Positions 28,219-38,974 of a stretch of DNA of 64,000 nucleotides are shown one piece after another (within the stretch, counting starts at the first letter, position 1; each line of letters begins with the position of its first letter). The DNA lies in the NCBI GenBank assembly GCA_012964335.1, contig DTUF01000047.1, positions 13,817 through 77,816 of the forward strand. The letters are read 5' to 3'. The position numbers were made by a program, and so were the translations under genes. The notes under the pieces were generated by a model that ran no database searches, was not told the DNA's origin, and was given only the letters and a program-made list of their open reading frames with translations. Source of the DNA: Candidatus Poseidoniales archaeon. GTDB lineage: Archaea > Thermoplasmatota > Poseidoniia > Poseidoniales > Thalassarchaeaceae.

Positions 28219-29616
28219 TCAGGAAGAAACCCCAATAATACCTTCTAATTCTAGAATCGTTTTAGGACAATCTTGGGTGAGAACTTCGTGACCATCAATT
28301 GTGATTAACACGTCATCTTCTATTCTAATGCCGATACCAGCCCACTTTTCATCTATCTCGATGTCGGTTCTCCAAGCTCCGAAGTATAATCCTGGTTCAA
28401 TAGTAAGAACCATGCCCTGTTGTAATAATCTTGGTTCATCATCTGGTGCATAAACTCCAACATCATGTACATCTAATCCTAACCAATGGCTAGTACGATG
28501 CATGAAGTAAGTACCTAATTGTTCAGGGGACATAGCCTCATTCAAGGTTGGGCCTTCAACTATTCCTAAATCTAGCAATCCTTGTGCCATTACTTCTTTT
28601 GCAGCATTATGGGGTGCATCAAATGATTCACCTGGTTTACAAGCAGATATGGCTGCTATTTGTGAATCTAATACAAGTTGGTATAGAATTGCTTGATGTT
28701 TTGTGAATTTCCCATTTATTGGCCATGTCCTAGTTATATCGCTTGCATAACCTGAGATTTCACATCCTGCATCAATCAACACGAGATCACCATCAGAGAT
28801 AGGTGAATCATTTTCTACATAATGCAGTATTGTTGCATTATCTCCACCCCCTACAATACTGGGGTACGACCATTGACTTCCATTATATACGAAACATCCT
28901 TCAATTATTGCTTGTAATTGGAATTCGGCCATTCCTGCTGAGGCGTTTCTCATAGCTTTAATGTGGGCCGCAGATGCAATTTTACATGAATGGCGCATTA
29001 ATTCCAATTCACTTTCTGATTTGAATAATCTTAGTTCAGAAACAAGTGGCCTTGGGTCACAGAGGTTTGCTGGACCGGAACCAGTTCGTTGTCTAGTTCT
29101 ACTAGTTTCTAACAGGGCCTTGTCAACAATGTCATCTACTTCAGATAACAAACCGCGTTGATGAAATACATTTGTGCAGTCATCTAATAGAGTTCTTAAT
29201 ACAGTGCTCATTTCATCTATCGAAACCGCCCTATCAATTGGAAATTGCTTTTCTGCACCATCTAGTCCCAATCTGATTCCAGTCCAAGTTTCTTTGAGTA
29301 CATCTCTAGGGGGGATAAATAGAATTGAATTCAATTCACCCGATGTATTAGCAAGGCAATACACAGCATCGGGACGTTCCCAACCAACGAAGTATAGCAT
29401 ATCAGATGAGGCTCTGTAAGGGTACTCTACATCTGCGCTTCGAGTTGCTTCTGGATTGTTCACGATTATTAAAAGAGAGTCCTCTCCACAAAGTTGCCCA
29501 ATGTTTGCTTGACGAGAACTGCGTTCTTCTACACTAGACGGGTCTGGTATATTGGAGAGGTCCAACCCGTGCCCATCTAACATGGTTTGCCGTCCAACCC
29601 AACTCTTAATTAGCAT
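28219..29616 (-). CDS. pepP: Xaa-Pro aminopeptidase (M24B)
   Basis: DVEYPYR, NATILHY, LIDAGCE, YASDITRT, HWLGLDVHD, TIEPGLY and GIRIEDD. Start may be a few codons downstream. Confidence 0.92.
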   Translation of the reverse strand: MLIKSWVGRQTMLDGHGLDLSNIPDPSSVEERSSRQANIGQLCGEDSLLIIVNNPEATRSADVEYPYRASSDMLYFVGWERPDAVYCLANTSGELNSILFIPPRDVLKETWTGIRLGLDGAEKQFPIDRAVSIDEMSTVLRTLLDDCTNVFHQRGLLSEVDDIVDKALLETSRTRQRTGSGPANLCDPRPLVSELRLFKSESELELMRHSCKIASAAHIKAMRNASAGMAEFQLQAIIEGCFVYNGSQWSYPSIVGGGDNATILHYVENDSPISDGDLVLIDAGCEISGYASDITRTWPINGKFTKHQAILYQLVLDSQIAAISACKPGESFDAPHNAAKEVMAQGLLDLGIVEGPTLNEAMSPEQLGTYFMHRTSHWLGLDVHDVGVYAPDDEPRLLQQGMVLTIEPGLYFGAWRTDIEIDEKWAGIGIRIEDDVLITIDGHEVLTQDCPKTILELEGIIGVSS

Positions 29617-31266
29617 TCAGTCTGAATCTTCATTTTCAAATTGCTCATCAATTTCATCTATAGTAGCATTTTCGCGTGTCCGTAGTTTTACCCACTTGGG
29701 TATGTCACCACCTTTCTGTCCCCTTGTGAACCTGAATGTGATAAATGATATTGTCACAAGCATTACCATGAAAATAGCCATCATATTTGTTTCGCCTCCT
29801 ACTGAATAAATCATTGACTCAGTGAATGATTTAGGTTCATCCCATAATGGGTCTGACTGTGTACCTTCTATTCCTACAAATACCTCAATGAAGTCGCTCT
29901 CTCCGTCATCATCAGTGACACTAAGAGTGATAAGATGAATCTTCGATTCGTCCTTTATCCAGTCACGACGCATGATTTGTTCTCTTCCAAGAGAAACAGG
30001 TTCACCATCTACAAACCAAACAAAATTCAAACCCCCGACATCATTTTCAGTGTCTGAACTATCTGAGGCGTCAATGGTCCACAATGGCTCGTTTGGTAAT
30101 CTGATGGTTTCTTCTGTTGAAAATGTGATTCCTTCAATGCTGGCAGCAGCAGTAGGTGCTAGATTATTTACTATAAGAGATAAATTTGTACTATTTGATA
30201 ATCCTGATGTATCGGTGACCCGAACCATCACATCAAAATGACCGGATTGGTTAGCATACCAATTCCAACTTTTTTCAGTACCAGCATCATGTACAAGAGG
30301 TGGGCTAGAATCGCCAGCCCTTCTTACAATGAAAGTGAAGCGCAATCCATCCTTACCCCAAACAGGGTCATCTGAATTACTTGCATCAAATCTTGCTAAT
30401 TGAGATTCATTTACTTCAGATGTACCACTTAATGCTGCGATTGGCCGTTGATTATGTAGGGCTATTGCTGTACAAGCAATTGTAGAAAAATTGCCAGCAT
30501 TATCACCAGCTCGGCTAACAAATAACCACCATCCATCATCGTATTCTGAACTCTGGATTTGAAAGTTGAATGTCTCACTGTCTAAATAGGATATACCATC
30601 ATTCCTCCAATTTTCAATAGTTAAGTAATCTGATAAGACCCCGCGAACACAGAAATGATTTGCTTGATTAGATTGAATTGCTGCCCATTCAAGAGTTGGC
30701 TGATAACCAATTTGACTTACTGCTACTCCACTAATGTTCAGATCACCTCTCCAATTAATTCCCATTTCAGGCGAGGTTATCATCAAGTTAGGAGGCAACC
30801 CATTTAATTCTGGGTTGATGAATAGAAGGTGATGTACTTGTGATACTTGTTGTTCAACATCAATCACTACCACGGTTAGTATGCAAGCACAAGGAGGTAA
30901 TCCAGTAGCGTTTATTTCAACAGAGAATGACCATGAATTTGTTGTTGGATCTTGCCAAGATAGATTTTCTACCAACGTGTTAATTGCTGAACCTTGGTAA
31001 ATAATTTCTCCAGATTCTTCTAACTGCCAGTGCAATTCTGATGGGAAAGCATCATCCCAAATTGTTCCATTGATTGGGAAATTGTCAATGTATGTTGCTC
31101 CATTGACACTTTGAATAGTCAATGTTGGTTGCTGGTTACTAATGGTATAGTTTGAGTTAATCAGGGGTTGAGTTGGATTAACCGAATCAATTATTGTAAA
31201 TGATGAAGACATCAATATGATGGACGTTAACGCGAGTGCTAACCGCCAACATCGTGTTTCCATCAA
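29617..31266 (-). CDS. Secreted PKD/Ig-like domain protein with a C-terminal TM anchor
   Basis: FDASNSDDP...VRVTDTSG and IDASDSSDTEND...LSVTDDDG are PKD-like units. Signal peptide and C-terminal TM present. Confidence 0.75.
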   Translation of the reverse strand: MMETRCWRLALALTSIILMSSSFTIIDSVNPTQPLINSNYTISNQQPTLTIQSVNGATYIDNFPINGTIWDDAFPSELHWQLEESGEIIYQGSAINTLVENLSWQDPTTNSWSFSVEINATGLPPCACILTVVVIDVEQQVSQVHHLLFINPELNGLPPNLMITSPEMGINWRGDLNISGVAVSQIGYQPTLEWAAIQSNQANHFCVRGVLSDYLTIENWRNDGISYLDSETFNFQIQSSEYDDGWWLFVSRAGDNAGNFSTIACTAIALHNQRPIAALSGTSEVNESQLARFDASNSDDPVWGKDGLRFTFIVRRAGDSSPPLVHDAGTEKSWNWYANQSGHFDVMVRVTDTSGLSNSTNLSLIVNNLAPTAAASIEGITFSTEETIRLPNEPLWTIDASDSSDTENDVGGLNFVWFVDGEPVSLGREQIMRRDWIKDESKIHLITLSVTDDDGESDFIEVFVGIEGTQSDPLWDEPKSFTESMIYSVGGETNMMAIFMVMLVTISFITFRFTRGQKGGDIPKWVKLRTRENATIDEIDEQFENEDSD

Positions 31267-31409
31267 ATTGAGTCACTCTGCTCTATGATATCAAGGCTAA
31301 CACGATTTGTTTGTTATTTGTATGATAGTGAATGCCTAAACTATCCATCATCATTGGCAAACCAAACGGCTTCGTTGGTGGTGTCCCCAACCAAGCAAAC
31401 GAGTGGTCG

Positions 31410-34400
31410 TCAAGCCCACTGGTCACACTGTTGACCTTGGCCTGGGAAACTGTTACCTTCTCTTGGGTTAGTGTGCCATTTGTGCTCACAATCGTTGAAG
31501 AATCCATCTCCATCAACATCCATCTTTGCATCAGCACCATCAAATGGGTCAAAGCGGAAGTAATACTCCCATCCATCAAACATATCATCTCCGTCACTGT
31601 CCATGTGGTACACTTCAGGTCCATCCTCTAAACCATCACCATCGGTATCGTTCAAGACTGGATTTGTTCCGTTCAACATTTCTTCGTAATTGGTGTAATT
31701 CTCAAGATCGTTGTAGAACTTAGCACCTTCCGGGGTATCTGGGTCAATGTGGCAAAGATAGGATTCAGGATCATTCCATCCAGGGCAGAACCTATTCAGT
31801 TCAGCTGTGCGATTCAGGCCATCGTTGTCAAAGTCTTCGTCACCATCCATCACTCCATCTAAATCACTGTCCTCAAGAGCGGGATCCATTGGCCCCCTAG
31901 CTCCCAGGTTTTGAAGTGTAGTATTGTCAACCAATCCTTGAGAAATAGCCTGTGCACTGTATCTAACTTCCCAGCCATCTGGCAATTTATCATTGTCAGT
32001 ATCATCATTCACTGGATTTGTATTCCAGCGATTAGGGCCCTCCATGTCGTTAGGTAGTGAATCATTGTCGATGTCATAATCAGAATCCGGAAGTGAGCCT
32101 AACGATGGGTCCAGTGCCCAGCGGCCTCCGGTTTGTGGAAGGGCGAAGTTTGTCAGATTCATATCCCACAAGAAATATTTGGGGTCCGGCTCTCCATCGT
32201 TATTTTCATCTCCTCCAGATGCAAATCCTTGGATGTGATTATTCCACAACCAACCACCGGGTCCGCGGGTACATCCTACATCAGTACAACCAGGTGGTTG
32301 GAAATTGTTTGTAGTAACCCATAGGCTGTGTGAATTGGTATTGTCCATTGTTGACTGAACTTGCATTTCCCATCCGTCAAGCATACCATCTTGGTCTGTG
32401 TCATTGACAAGTGGGTTTGTAGCGGCTTGCCACGGTCTTGGAATGTACAGCACTTCATTCCCATCATTTAATCCATCATCATCAGAGTCTGAATCATTTG
32501 CATTGGTGACATAATTGTCTAAGCCCATAACGACTTCTTCACCATCTTCTAATCCATCAATGTCAGTGTCAAACATACTTGCATTTGTGAAGTACGGTTC
32601 ACCTAACCACTGGAATCCATCTACAGCCTCAACATAATCTTCAAGCCCATCGCTGTCTGTATCTTTGTTTGATGCATTGGTATACGTTTCACCAAACTCT
32701 CTCCAGTCGGTGAGTCCATCATCATCAGTGTCAACATCTCCTGGGTCAGAAGTAACATGAATAGTGTGCACACCACGGCTAACAACTAGAATGTACCATC
32801 CCATAACCTCAATGCCATCAATCAATCCATCTCCGTCAGTATCCGAGTTTAGAGGGTCGGTTGAGCGGCCATCAATGATACCATCATTATCACGGTCCCG
32901 GGCTTGGTATTCCATTAGGTTGGTGAACATCTCATTCTCTTCTACGATTGTCATCCAAACATAACTTCGGCTAGTGACTTCATTTTCGTTAGCTGGTCCT
33001 TCTAGTAGAGTTAGTGCTGGAATACCGTAGACATATCCAGCACTTGGTGCCTTAATCGGTACAGTTTCTTCGTTGCCACCAGCATGGGTGATTTTCGCAT
33101 ATGCTACAGTTTGATTTGACTCAACATAATCCATCAGTTCAACAATGATTGAGTACACTCTAGCAATACCTGTCAAATCGCTATAAGTCACCTTTCCATT
33201 GCCATTAGCGTCCCAACCATCCATATCGGGGTCAGTATATGCGTTTAGACCATCAACTGGATTTAAGCCATTATCGGATTCCCAACCATCAGGCATCCCA
33301 TCTTCATCAGTGTCAGAGCTCAATGGACTTGTGAAATTTGATGCACCCCAAACACGGGCCACATCGTACTCTGCGCGGTTGTTGAGGCCATCCTCATCTT
33401 CATCACCATATGCATCTGATGCATTTGCAGCATTCAGGAGTGTGTCGTAACAATACTCGAATCCATCTGGCATTCCATCGCCATCTGTATCCCAATCTCC
33501 TGGTCCATTATTACGTCCGTCACCATCCATATCTTCAATGAACCAGTTGAGAGGATTCACGGTACTTGGGAACGAGTTGAGTAGGGTTGTGAATGGGCCG
33601 TCTTTAGTAGGCCCATTAATCACTGCTTTGCCACAAACGACTTCAAGCAGAATTGAACCCATAGCCACTTCTACTTGGTCACCGATAAGGTCGCCATCAC
33701 TGTCTTCAGCCAGTGGATTTGTCCCATAACTCTCTTCAGCGAAATTTGCTAGAGTATCTGAATCAAAGTCGAGCACTTGGTCACAAGAGTGTTGTCCAGC
33801 AAAGTTCTCCAACGAATCCCAAAGTTCGGAACCATAGGTTTGTTCAAGGTTTGCTTCAGATTCAGGGTCAAGAAGCACACAATCCCAGTTTCCGTTTAGC
33901 GGGTCAAAAAGAGTTAAGTCACCTGATTGTGTTACCATGTCAAATGTGTAGAGTGATTCCCACTTATCGTTAAGACCGTCTCCATCGGTATCATTGCGCC
34001 GAGGGTCTGTACCTAATTCCATTTCTTCAATATTCACAAGCCCGTCTTTATCGGGGTCACCAAGAGGACCGTTGTCAGGGTCTGGCCAAGTTTCGTCTGA
34101 CCCAGAATTATCATCTCCAGTATCAGTTTCCGTTTCTGTAATGATATCATCTAATCCAGCGTCACCACTGTCTAATGGGTTTAATCCGGCATGTACTTCG
34201 TAGCCGTCTGTCATACCATCGCCATCAGTATCGGGATCATACGGATCAGTTCCATAGGTATTTCTTTCAAGGCGATCGCTTAGCCCATCTTCGTCAAAAT
34301 CATCTGGGTCTTCGTTGTAGAGTGTGTCATCATCTAGAATGTCTGATGCACCATCTTCGTAATCTATCGCAGTACTCATTATACTGCCTGCGATACTGTA

Positions 34401-34478
34401 TGTTCCTGCTAAGCAGAGGGTCACTGTAATCGCTACCACTGCCCATTGATTATGTGTTAATGCCATGTTGTTCACCAC
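31410..34478 (-). CDS. Large acidic cell-surface protein with many D(T/S)DxDGxxDxxE Ca-binding repeats
   Basis: N-terminal signal anchor and many GT(N/D)P...DTDGDGLxDGxE repeats. Confidence 0.8.
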   Translation of the reverse strand: MVNNMALTHNQWAVVAITVTLCLAGTYSIAGSIMSTAIDYEDGASDILDDDTLYNEDPDDFDEDGLSDRLERNTYGTDPYDPDTDGDGMTDGYEVHAGLNPLDSGDAGLDDIITETETDTGDDNSGSDETWPDPDNGPLGDPDKDGLVNIEEMELGTDPRRNDTDGDGLNDKWESLYTFDMVTQSGDLTLFDPLNGNWDCVLLDPESEANLEQTYGSELWDSLENFAGQHSCDQVLDFDSDTLANFAEESYGTNPLAEDSDGDLIGDQVEVAMGSILLEVVCGKAVINGPTKDGPFTTLLNSFPSTVNPLNWFIEDMDGDGRNNGPGDWDTDGDGMPDGFEYCYDTLLNAANASDAYGDEDEDGLNNRAEYDVARVWGASNFTSPLSSDTDEDGMPDGWESDNGLNPVDGLNAYTDPDMDGWDANGNGKVTYSDLTGIARVYSIIVELMDYVESNQTVAYAKITHAGGNEETVPIKAPSAGYVYGIPALTLLEGPANENEVTSRSYVWMTIVEENEMFTNLMEYQARDRDNDGIIDGRSTDPLNSDTDGDGLIDGIEVMGWYILVVSRGVHTIHVTSDPGDVDTDDDGLTDWREFGETYTNASNKDTDSDGLEDYVEAVDGFQWLGEPYFTNASMFDTDIDGLEDGEEVVMGLDNYVTNANDSDSDDDGLNDGNEVLYIPRPWQAATNPLVNDTDQDGMLDGWEMQVQSTMDNTNSHSLWVTTNNFQPPGCTDVGCTRGPGGWLWNNHIQGFASGGDENNDGEPDPKYFLWDMNLTNFALPQTGGRWALDPSLGSLPDSDYDIDNDSLPNDMEGPNRWNTNPVNDDTDNDKLPDGWEVRYSAQAISQGLVDNTTLQNLGARGPMDPALEDSDLDGVMDGDEDFDNDGLNRTAELNRFCPGWNDPESYLCHIDPDTPEGAKFYNDLENYTNYEEMLNGTNPVLNDTDGDGLEDGPEVYHMDSDGDDMFDGWEYYFRFDPFDGADAKMDVDGDGFFNDCEHKWHTNPREGNSFPGQGQQCDQWA

Positions 34479-34579
34479 TGGCCGTAGGCCAATTCTCTTT
34501 CACGACTTGCCGTACCCTGTTTAAGGTTTAACCGAAAGCGTTTGACTATTGCTCTTGGGGACATTATCCATAAATGAGG

Positions 34580-35767
34580 TCATGCAAGGTCATACAGGCT
34601 AGAAATCTGTATTATATGTCCGTTATGAGAACAACTCCACTGAAGTTTACATGGGCGGGCTTCTGACCGTTCCCATGCGGCTGAGAGAATGCCTGCGGCG
34701 ATTGCTGGATGAAACAGTTTTGATAGGTGTAATTTCACACCCCCCTGGTCATCAATTCCTTCAACAGATGTGACTCCACCCAATCCTGTTCTGGTTAGGA
34801 AGCGATGACCAACATGTATCCAGTGTTCGGGTTCTGCAATTAACACCATTTGATCAGTATCGAGGAATCTTATCTTACTTGCTTCGGCAAATCCAGACCA
34901 GATTTTTTTCCGTTCTGAATCTTGCAAAGTTTCCCAAGTGAATTTTTCAGTTTCCATTTGGGTGGAACCAAGCAGTTGTGGCATAACACTTTCTTCAAAT
35001 CGTAGTAACATATCCCGAGTGATTCCCATCATTCGTATACCATCAATGGACCATACCCCATCAAAATCATGATGTGCTAACTCTAGCGGATGCATGCCTT
35101 CTGCAATTGGGTCTGAGTTTGCATTGTCCCGCCATCTCGGATCAACTTTCATTGCTTTGGGTATATGGCGTTGGTCTAATTCGAGAGTCACAAGACATTC
35201 TGCATTTCCATCATCAGTCCAATGGAATCTAAATCTAGATTTAGTCAGGAATTCTTGGGTTGCAGCAGCCCAACCTGCTGATAACGCGGAATGTGCTCGA
35301 TTATGAATCATCAATTTAGTAGCATCAGATTCAACTTTCATAAGTTCTAATTTTCCTAGTCCGCGAATTTCCCAATTCTCATTTATCCATTCAAACCGTT
35401 TGAGTAATTTCTTGAAGAATGGATTTGGCATTTCTTCTGAAGAGTTTTTTAGACGATACTCCTCAGATTCAGCAGCTGAATGAGCTAATTTTCTTCCTAA
35501 TGGGATACCAATCAAATTTTCCAATTCTGACAGCCACATCTCAAATTCGTTGACTGAAAGGAAATGATACGGTTCACTGCATTTATCATCTTCACATAAT
35601 AAGCCACAGACAGTAGGAGTGAACTTAGATTTTAGAAGGTTGGAGAACCAAGGAGTGTCGTCTTTGGATACTTCATCAATTAGTGGCACGGAGTACTCCT
35701 GTGGCCCAACCCAATTTGAAGTTTCTATTCGTAGTTCACAATCTTGTTCCAGCATTTGAGCTTTCAT
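34580..35767 (-). CDS. Hypothetical protein with duplicated V4R/H-NOX-like ligand-binding folds
   Basis: Two similar halves (W..RGLGKLEL...LSAGWAAA and TRTGLGGV...IAAGILSAAWE). No HTH seen. Confidence 0.45.
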   Translation of the reverse strand: MKAQMLEQDCELRIETSNWVGPQEYSVPLIDEVSKDDTPWFSNLLKSKFTPTVCGLLCEDDKCSEPYHFLSVNEFEMWLSELENLIGIPLGRKLAHSAAESEEYRLKNSSEEMPNPFFKKLLKRFEWINENWEIRGLGKLELMKVESDATKLMIHNRAHSALSAGWAAATQEFLTKSRFRFHWTDDGNAECLVTLELDQRHIPKAMKVDPRWRDNANSDPIAEGMHPLELAHHDFDGVWSIDGIRMMGITRDMLLRFEESVMPQLLGSTQMETEKFTWETLQDSERKKIWSGFAEASKIRFLDTDQMVLIAEPEHWIHVGHRFLTRTGLGGVTSVEGIDDQGGVKLHLSKLFHPAIAAGILSAAWERSEARPCKLQWSCSHNGHIIQISSLYDLA

Positions 35768-35783
35768 TTGGTCTGCTTACAAT

Positions 35784-38700
35784 TTAATTATCGCTTTCAG
35801 TATCACTTTTTTCGTTAGAAGGTTTAGGTCTGCTAGAAGGTCTCTTGAAGCCTACAGATTCTGAAACAATTGAGTGACTTGGGATGTGTTTTTCACTCAA
35901 ATCGGTATCCATTATAGGGATGCGGTCTGAAGATTTACCCGCTCTTTCAGACGTTTTTACTGAGCGGATACTCCTTCCGCGGTATGCTGCTGGACCGATT
36001 AGCACCTCTAGTGCACGCTTTTCTTTACCCACTGGCTTGGGTCGTTTGTTCCACCATTCAACCGGTAGAGGTGAACACCGAGCGAGTGGCTGAGAGAGCA
36101 ATTGTCTCTTTCTCTTTGAAATGTTGCTGAGCACCCCCTTTTTCTCCTTCTTTGGTAATCGGACAACGAGCCATCCTGGTAGACCAAGGTCGTAGACAAT
36201 GCCGTTAATTGTTACTAGTAGTCCAGATAACAATAGATGTGTCCCAACAGGGATTTTATCTAAATCAAAACCAACCTTGAACCGCTTCAACCTCTTTGCA
36301 TAGGCAATCATGGCTTTTTGATCACGGTGTTTGATAACTCTACGTTGTTGCTTGCGGAAACGCAAGGCAAAGAAATGAAGGACCATCAGTGAGATGGAAA
36401 TTGAAACACCAATTATATCGCTAGAACTTCTATCATATGCTATTAAACCGATAATTATCCATGTTGGAAGTAATACTAACCAGTTGAATAATCTCAATAC
36501 TAGTGAAGGTGAGTACCTTGGAGTCACTCGTCTTTCTATTGCTTCGTGAGACGCGATAAATATATTCGCGGTGATTGCTTCATCTTGGCCACCTTTTGTT
36601 AGTAAAGCTGCTATTGGATTTGTCGGCGCTTCGTCAATCCATCGTCGTTTCTCTTTAGGATTCGATTCAATGATTGCAGATTCTAATTGATTAGCAGGCG
36701 CAGCAAATCCTAAAATCATGCCTAGTGCTTTAACGCGAGGGTCTTCAGGAGAACTAATTTGTAATTCTTCAAAGATGTCAAGTGCGCCAAACCAATCTCC
36801 TGTATCAATCAAACATAACGATGCAGCAATTCTTGCCTTCGTGCTGTTCGGGTTCCTTCGTATAGACTCAAGGGATAATTGTAACGCCTCATCATGTCTC
36901 CTTTCAGCGCGTAATTTTGCAACTGAACTAACCATTGCGTGTAAGGTTAATGGGTCATTATATATCGAGTCTATAGATGTTGTAGGGTCCCAGCTTAACA
37001 ACCTTTTTTGTAATTCTTGTAAATAATGTATTGCTGAACTATCTTCCCAGTCATAGAAGTCATCATTTTTCACAGACCCATCCCAAGGATCAAACCATTC
37101 TGTTACTAAGGAGAGAATTTCTGGCTCGTCATATCCTTCTGGCTGTTCAAGTCCCCGAAGGGCTTCTCTTGCTGCATCCAGTCGTCGAGATGCTATGTGT
37201 CCTGCCGCAATTATCATCCTTGCTTCATCATCTTCTCCACCTTGTTGTGCCAGTAATTTTCTTGCTACATCAATTGCTTCTGGCCACAAACCACGTAATG
37301 CACACTCTAGCATTCTCGCTCTGCTTTTTTCTAATTGGACAACAAGTTGATTTCCTTTTATTGTATCTGATTGGAATCGCCTTAATGCATCAAGGTCATC
37401 ACGGAAAGCCGCCTCCTCAACATAAGTACGCATCCAGTCACCACCACCGGCAAGAATTGCTCCCTCCCTCCTCTCGTCAGGATTTAGGTCAAATCTGAGA
37501 TTCTTCATTATATTGAATCGACTAAGACTGAGAATCCAAGTTAATAAGAAAATTGCTTGTCCTGCTGCAATGAATTGCCATGTCTCAGCAAGTAAAATCT
37601 CTTCTGATAATAATGGGGTTGAGTCACCGTACGGCATTAAATGACTAAATTCCTTATACGTTTGGAGAATAATGAGAAGAACGGAGTATCCACTAAAGCC
37701 AGCAAGGCCAAAGAATAGTACCTTGCCTTGAACATTTACTTCACTACGAATTTCACGTGCTCGGGCTAGAATAACACCACCTATTCCACCGAATGTTTGT
37801 CCTCCAAGGAATAGATTTCGTGTCAATTCAAAGATGAAAGCCAATCCAACGATTGCCACGTTGAGCATAAGATATGATGCTAGTGTTATTTCAAGAGCTT
37901 TTAACGAAATGAGCTTCTGAAGAGCGGGATTATCTTCCACATATTGATAAATTTCCCATCCAATGATTCCACCTAAGTCAAGCATTGAGTTAGCATCGAT
38001 CGGATTTTCAACTTCAACATAAACTAATGTAACAATTCCATTTATTGCGGCTAATGGCATTGTTCCTAGGAATACTACAATGAGTAATGAAGCAAGGCGT
38101 TTGAAGAAACCAGGTTTATCAGGGTCAATCGCAGTTCTCTTCCCTATCAATGTACGCCATTTGTTGATTATCAGAGTATTCCAAGAGGCACCCATAATTC
38201 TGCCGTAAGCCAGAATAGTGGGGCCCATGAATGCAAGAAGGGCAAACCCAATCCAACGTCCAAATATTTCATCGTCAGTTCCACCTCCCGATTTTTGGTA
38301 GCCTATAAAAAGAACAAAACCGGTTGCAGTTAATACCATAATTATAGTAGCGAAAGATCCGTATAATGTCTTGAATGTGGATAGATTGCCTGCTTCAGAT
38401 GTTTGTCTAGATAATTGGGCATAAAGCGTCACGAAGGGTGAGATGATTATTGGGTAAGCAACTAAAATTAGCATCATATAGATAACCGGTTCATAGAATG
38501 TTGATGGTTCAATGAGTAATTCACAGACAATTAGCAGAATACCTGTCATTGCCAATAAGTAAGCTAGTGAACCAACTGCAACTCTAGGTGCATTCAGTAA
38601 TTTCATTACTTCGCTGCGATTTTTACTCAATCGATGAACTTCATACAATCCATCATCGACTTCAAAAGCGACCTGCAAATTAGACAGAGAAAGAGGGAGT

Positions 38701-38885
38701 AACCAGCGCCACAACAACAATCCAACCATTATTGAAATCGCTAATGGGGCTAGTAAACTAGGGTCAAAAGTACCTGCGCTCACAATTGTCGGCGCCGCAC
38801 TTACAAGAGGTAGAAATAAGGTCGTCAGAATGAAGGAAACCAATGAGAAAGACACGGTGGTCCCTATGCTTCGACCTCCAGCCAT
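35784..38885 (-). CDS. Large polytopic membrane protein with a central TPR-like domain and a basic C-terminal tail
   Basis: About 10-12 hydrophobic helices and TPR-like segments (EARMIIAAGHIA...; KARIAASLCLIDTGDWFGALDIFEEL...PEDPR). Confidence 0.65.
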   Translation of the reverse strand: MAGGRSIGTTVSFSLVSFILTTLFLPLVSAAPTIVSAGTFDPSLLAPLAISIMVGLLLWRWLLPLSLSNLQVAFEVDDGLYEVHRLSKNRSEVMKLLNAPRVAVGSLAYLLAMTGILLIVCELLIEPSTFYEPVIYMMLILVAYPIIISPFVTLYAQLSRQTSEAGNLSTFKTLYGSFATIIMVLTATGFVLFIGYQKSGGGTDDEIFGRWIGFALLAFMGPTILAYGRIMGASWNTLIINKWRTLIGKRTAIDPDKPGFFKRLASLLIVVFLGTMPLAAINGIVTLVYVEVENPIDANSMLDLGGIIGWEIYQYVEDNPALQKLISLKALEITLASYLMLNVAIVGLAFIFELTRNLFLGGQTFGGIGGVILARAREIRSEVNVQGKVLFFGLAGFSGYSVLLIILQTYKEFSHLMPYGDSTPLLSEEILLAETWQFIAAGQAIFLLTWILSLSRFNIMKNLRFDLNPDERREGAILAGGGDWMRTYVEEAAFRDDLDALRRFQSDTIKGNQLVVQLEKSRARMLECALRGLWPEAIDVARKLLAQQGGEDDEARMIIAAGHIASRRLDAAREALRGLEQPEGYDEPEILSLVTEWFDPWDGSVKNDDFYDWEDSSAIHYLQELQKRLLSWDPTTSIDSIYNDPLTLHAMVSSVAKLRAERRHDEALQLSLESIRRNPNSTKARIAASLCLIDTGDWFGALDIFEELQISSPEDPRVKALGMILGFAAPANQLESAIIESNPKEKRRWIDEAPTNPIAALLTKGGQDEAITANIFIASHEAIERRVTPRYSPSLVLRLFNWLVLLPTWIIIGLIAYDRSSSDIIGVSISISLMVLHFFALRFRKQQRRVIKHRDQKAMIAYAKRLKRFKVGFDLDKIPVGTHLLLSGLLVTINGIVYDLGLPGWLVVRLPKKEKKGVLSNISKRKRQLLSQPLARCSPLPVEWWNKRPKPVGKEKRALEVLIGPAAYRGRSIRSVKTSERAGKSSDRIPIMDTDLSEKHIPSHSIVSESVGFKRPSSRPKPSNEKSDTESDN

Positions 38886-38926
38886 AACATGGTCTGCGGG
38901 GTCTCAGTTCTAATCGGTTGTGCCGT

Positions 38927-38946
38927 TCAGGGTCCTAAGACCCTGA
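38927..38946. terminator. Perfect 8-bp inverted repeat (TCAGGGTC-ctaa-GACCCTGA); possible terminator or operator
   Basis: Intergenic, between the aminotransferase stop and the next gene start. Confidence 0.35.
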
Positions 38947-38974
38947 GTGTTTCAGTTCATGAGATTGGATAGAA

